A stretch of 9,984 nucleotides of DNA from a virus (Duplodnaviria > Heunggongvirae > Uroviricota > Caudoviricetes), in the IMG/VR virus record IMGVR_UViG_2740892442_000016; one strand, written 5' to 3'. The position numbers were made by a program, and so were the translations under genes. Positions within the stretch are counted from its first letter, which is position 1; each line of letters starts with the position of its first letter. Under the pieces are notes generated by a model. The model worked only from the letters and a program-made list of their open reading frames with translations, searched no databases and had not been told where the DNA came from. Of the stretch, positions 8,329 through 9,984 are shown in pieces.

Positions 8329-8336
8329 GGAACTAT

Positions 8337-8364
8337 CACTAGCTAGTGTACCGTTAACGGCACA
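8337..8364. promoter_or_regulatory. Two overlapping palindromes: CACTAGCTAGTG (perfect 12-mer) and TGTaCCGTTAACGGcACA (matches the TGT-N12-ACA dyad)
   Basis: Seen in sequence. TGT-N12-ACA is the dyad I recall for Ogr/Delta-type late activators; no clear -10 element is placed correctly on either side, so function is unassigned. Confidence 0.3.
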
Positions 8365-8396
8365 TAATGCTCGCACAACAAACCTGTTAAAAGAGA

Positions 8397-8678
8397 TTAC
8401 TCAGCATTCTCCTGCTTCCATTGCCGGATCATTTCATCGGTAACATCACCCTCATAACATACCACGTCATACCCTCCATTACGGCTATATGCACTGCGTC
8501 CACCACATCTACTACCATTCCTTGCATGATTATAAGGACACGCACAATTGCCTGGATAAGATTCAATGGATTCTTTAATTATTTCTTTTTTGATCTGAGC
8601 ATCAGACTTTCCTGTTGCTGCATATCCGCTAAAAGATACTAAACAAAGGCAGATTGCCATTAATAAACCACATCGCAT
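8397..8678 (-). CDS. Hypothetical small secreted Cys-containing protein in an AT-rich cargo segment
   Basis: The ORF is open to 8792, but the likely start is the Met at 8678 that begins a signal-peptide-like stretch (MRCGLLMAICLCLVSFSGYAA, A-A before TGK). The mature part is about 70 aa with four Cys (GNCACPYNHARNGSRCGGRSAYSRNGGYDVVCYEG). Weak RBS; local AT content is clearly higher than in the flanking phage genes. Family not recognised. Confidence 0.45.
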   Translation of the reverse strand: MRCGLLMAICLCLVSFSGYAATGKSDAQIKKEIIKESIESYPGNCACPYNHARNGSRCGGRSAYSRNGGYDVVCYEGDVTDEMIRQWKQENAE

Positions 8679-8910
8679 ACCGATACACTCTATTACTAAC
8701 CAATCATAGTCCACATCATAAAATCGAGATGAGGAGTACAATACCTTTAACAAGAAGGTGTCATAACGATAATATGTCGTGCAATTCATCAAAAAAAAGA
8801 TCTATATCAAAGAGATAGAACTCTTATCAGTGCTTCAGACATCGGCATTCGAGGCAGCAGAAAAACAGTAAATTTGACGAATTTGCCTTTTCCCAAGATG
8901 TTGTCAGATT

Positions 8911-9064
8911 AAAAAGATAGATTAGCGCAGGTACCTGTTGGTGGATTGCAGGAGGAAAAATGAAGTCGAGTGGAAAAATCCCAGAAAAATTTTTGTTTAA
9001 CAGAGGTCCTGGTTCACTATGCGAAATACGGAGGAGCTGCAGAAGAATTCTGCTTCATCCTTAG
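8911..9064 (+). pseudogene. Internally deleted paralog of the toxin locus (promoter -10, leader and toxin C-terminal segment retained; toxin transmembrane region missing)
   Basis: 8911-8935 resembles 7900-7927 (AAAAAG..ATAGATTA..GCGCAGGTACC), 8970-9010 resembles 7967-8008, and 9011-9042 resembles 8137-8170; the 128 bp between the last two in the intact copy (8009-8136) are absent. The remaining ORF (ATG 8960, stop 9062-9064) reads MKSSGKIPEKFLFNRGPGSLCEIRRSCRRILLHP. Confidence 0.45.
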
Positions 9065-9140
9065 AGTTTAAACAGCACGTGCACTACCATTGTTTCTGCA
9101 TATCGCCACACCATCGCCACTCAACCGCCATTGCACAAAA

Positions 9141-9173
9141 TACAAATACAAAAAAACCACCCGAAGGTGGTTT
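9141..9173 (-). terminator. Rho-independent terminator of the glyW-cysT-leuZ tRNA operon
   Basis: Plus-strand ACCACC-CGAA-GGTGGT hairpin (9156-9171); on the minus strand it is followed by TTTTTGTATTTG, about 45 nt past the leuZ 3' end. Confidence 0.6.
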
Positions 9174-9216
9174 CACGACACTGCTTATTGCTTTGATTTT
9201 ATTCTTATCTTTCCCA

Positions 9217-9303
9217 TGGTACCCGGAGCGGGACTTGAACCCGCACAGCGCGAACGCCGAGGGATTTTAAATCCCTTGTGTCTACCGATTCCACCATCCG
9301 GGC
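9217..9303 (-). tRNA. leuZ: tRNA-Leu (anticodon UAA), 87 nt, CCA encoded
   Basis: Reverse complement reads GCCCGGATGGTGGAATCGGTAGACACAAGGGATTTAAAATCCC...GGGTACCA: cloverleaf with long variable arm, matching E. coli leuZ as recalled. Confidence 0.92.
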
Positions 9304-9315
9304 TCGGGAAGAAAG

Positions 9316-9389
9316 TGGAGGCGCGTTCCGGAGTCGAACCGGACTAGACGGATTTGCAATCCGCTACATAACCGCTTTGTTAACGCGCC
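9316..9389 (-). tRNA. cysT: tRNA-Cys (anticodon GCA), 74 nt
   Basis: Reverse complement reads GGCGCGTTAACAAAGCGGTTATGTAGCGGATTGCAAATCCGTCTAGTCCGGTTCGACTCCGGAACGCGCCTCCA. Confidence 0.92.
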
Positions 9390-9442
9390 AAATTCTTCAG
9401 GCCTTTCAGCCAGACATCCGCTGACGCCGATGTCTTTTAAAC

Positions 9443-9519
<77 letters not shown>

Positions 9520-9669
9520 TTCATCAAGCAATCAGTTAATCACTTGATTTTATTATCGTCTGGCAATCAGTGCCGCCGTTCGATGCGTTGCATTCTACTT
9601 ACCTGGCGCGATGAGTCAACGATATTTTTCACCACTTTTGATCGTTTGCTGAAAATTGCGCCGAAACGA

Positions 9670-9984
9670 TCACTGATCAAGCAAATCTGCACGCGCAGCG
9701 CTCAAATATTGCAACATTGACCACAGAGTCAGTACCGCAGCCACAAAGAAAAGTGCAATACCGGCGTACTCAACCCAAATGTTCGGACGCCACAGCAGCC
9801 AGGCCAACGCCACCATCTGGGCAGTGGTTTTCACTTTCCCAATCCAGGAGACAGCCACGCTACTGCGTTTACCCAACTCCGCCATCCATTCGCGTAGCGC
9901 AGAAATAATAATTTCACGGGCGATCATCGTTGCCGCCGGTAAGGTCACCCACCAGCTGTGATAATGCTCGGTTACCAGCACCAT
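9670..9984 (-). CDS. pgsA: Phosphatidylglycerophosphate synthase, C-terminal 104 codons (5' part lies beyond the window end)
   Basis: Translation ...[42 protein letters not shown]...[11 protein letters not shown] matches the E. coli PgsA C-terminus as recalled; lies upstream of the tRNA operon on the same strand. Confidence 0.9.

Larger units (their letters stand above)
1..8330. mobile_element. P2-like prophage segment (invertase, tail genes FI-FII-E-T-U, D, ogr, plus adjacent toxin locus); left end lies outside the window, right boundary uncertain (somewhere between about 7880 and 9216)
   Basis: Contiguous set of proteins recognisable as P2 tail-module homologues plus an Ogr zinc-finger activator; host tRNA genes and pgsA follow. 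Confidence 0.8.

Noticed and set aside
8421-8642. 73-aa plus-strand ORF antisense to the AT-rich secreted-protein ORF
   Set aside because: Low-complexity translation rich in Thr/Ile/Phe typical of AT-rich antisense frames; no RBS.

Overview
The window holds the right-hand part of a P2-like (Myoviridae-type) prophage, followed by a short AT-rich cargo region and then host backbone. From left to right: a serine DNA invertase (Hin/Gin/Pin family, + strand), a minus-strand tail block (sheath FI, tube FII, chaperone E/E+E', tape measure T, tail protein U), then D and ogr on the + strand. Downstream of ogr lies a Hok/PndA-like type I toxin locus, a minus-strand AT-rich ORF for a small secreted Cys-containing protein, and an internally deleted second copy of the toxin locus. 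The window ends with the host leuZ-cysT-glyW tRNA cluster and the 3' part of pgsA, an arrangement I recognise as enterobacterial, E. coli-like. The prophage looks rearranged and possibly defective: D is separated from U and inverted relative to FI-U, the sheath gene has an apparent 1-nt frameshift, and the tape measure gene carries an in-frame 105-bp tandem duplication. The most promising candidate for an undescribed system is the ogr-to-leuZ cargo region (toxin locus, secreted protein, decayed toxin paralog). No CRISPR array or IS element was seen. All calls rest on reading the sequence and on recalled family features; no database search was run.
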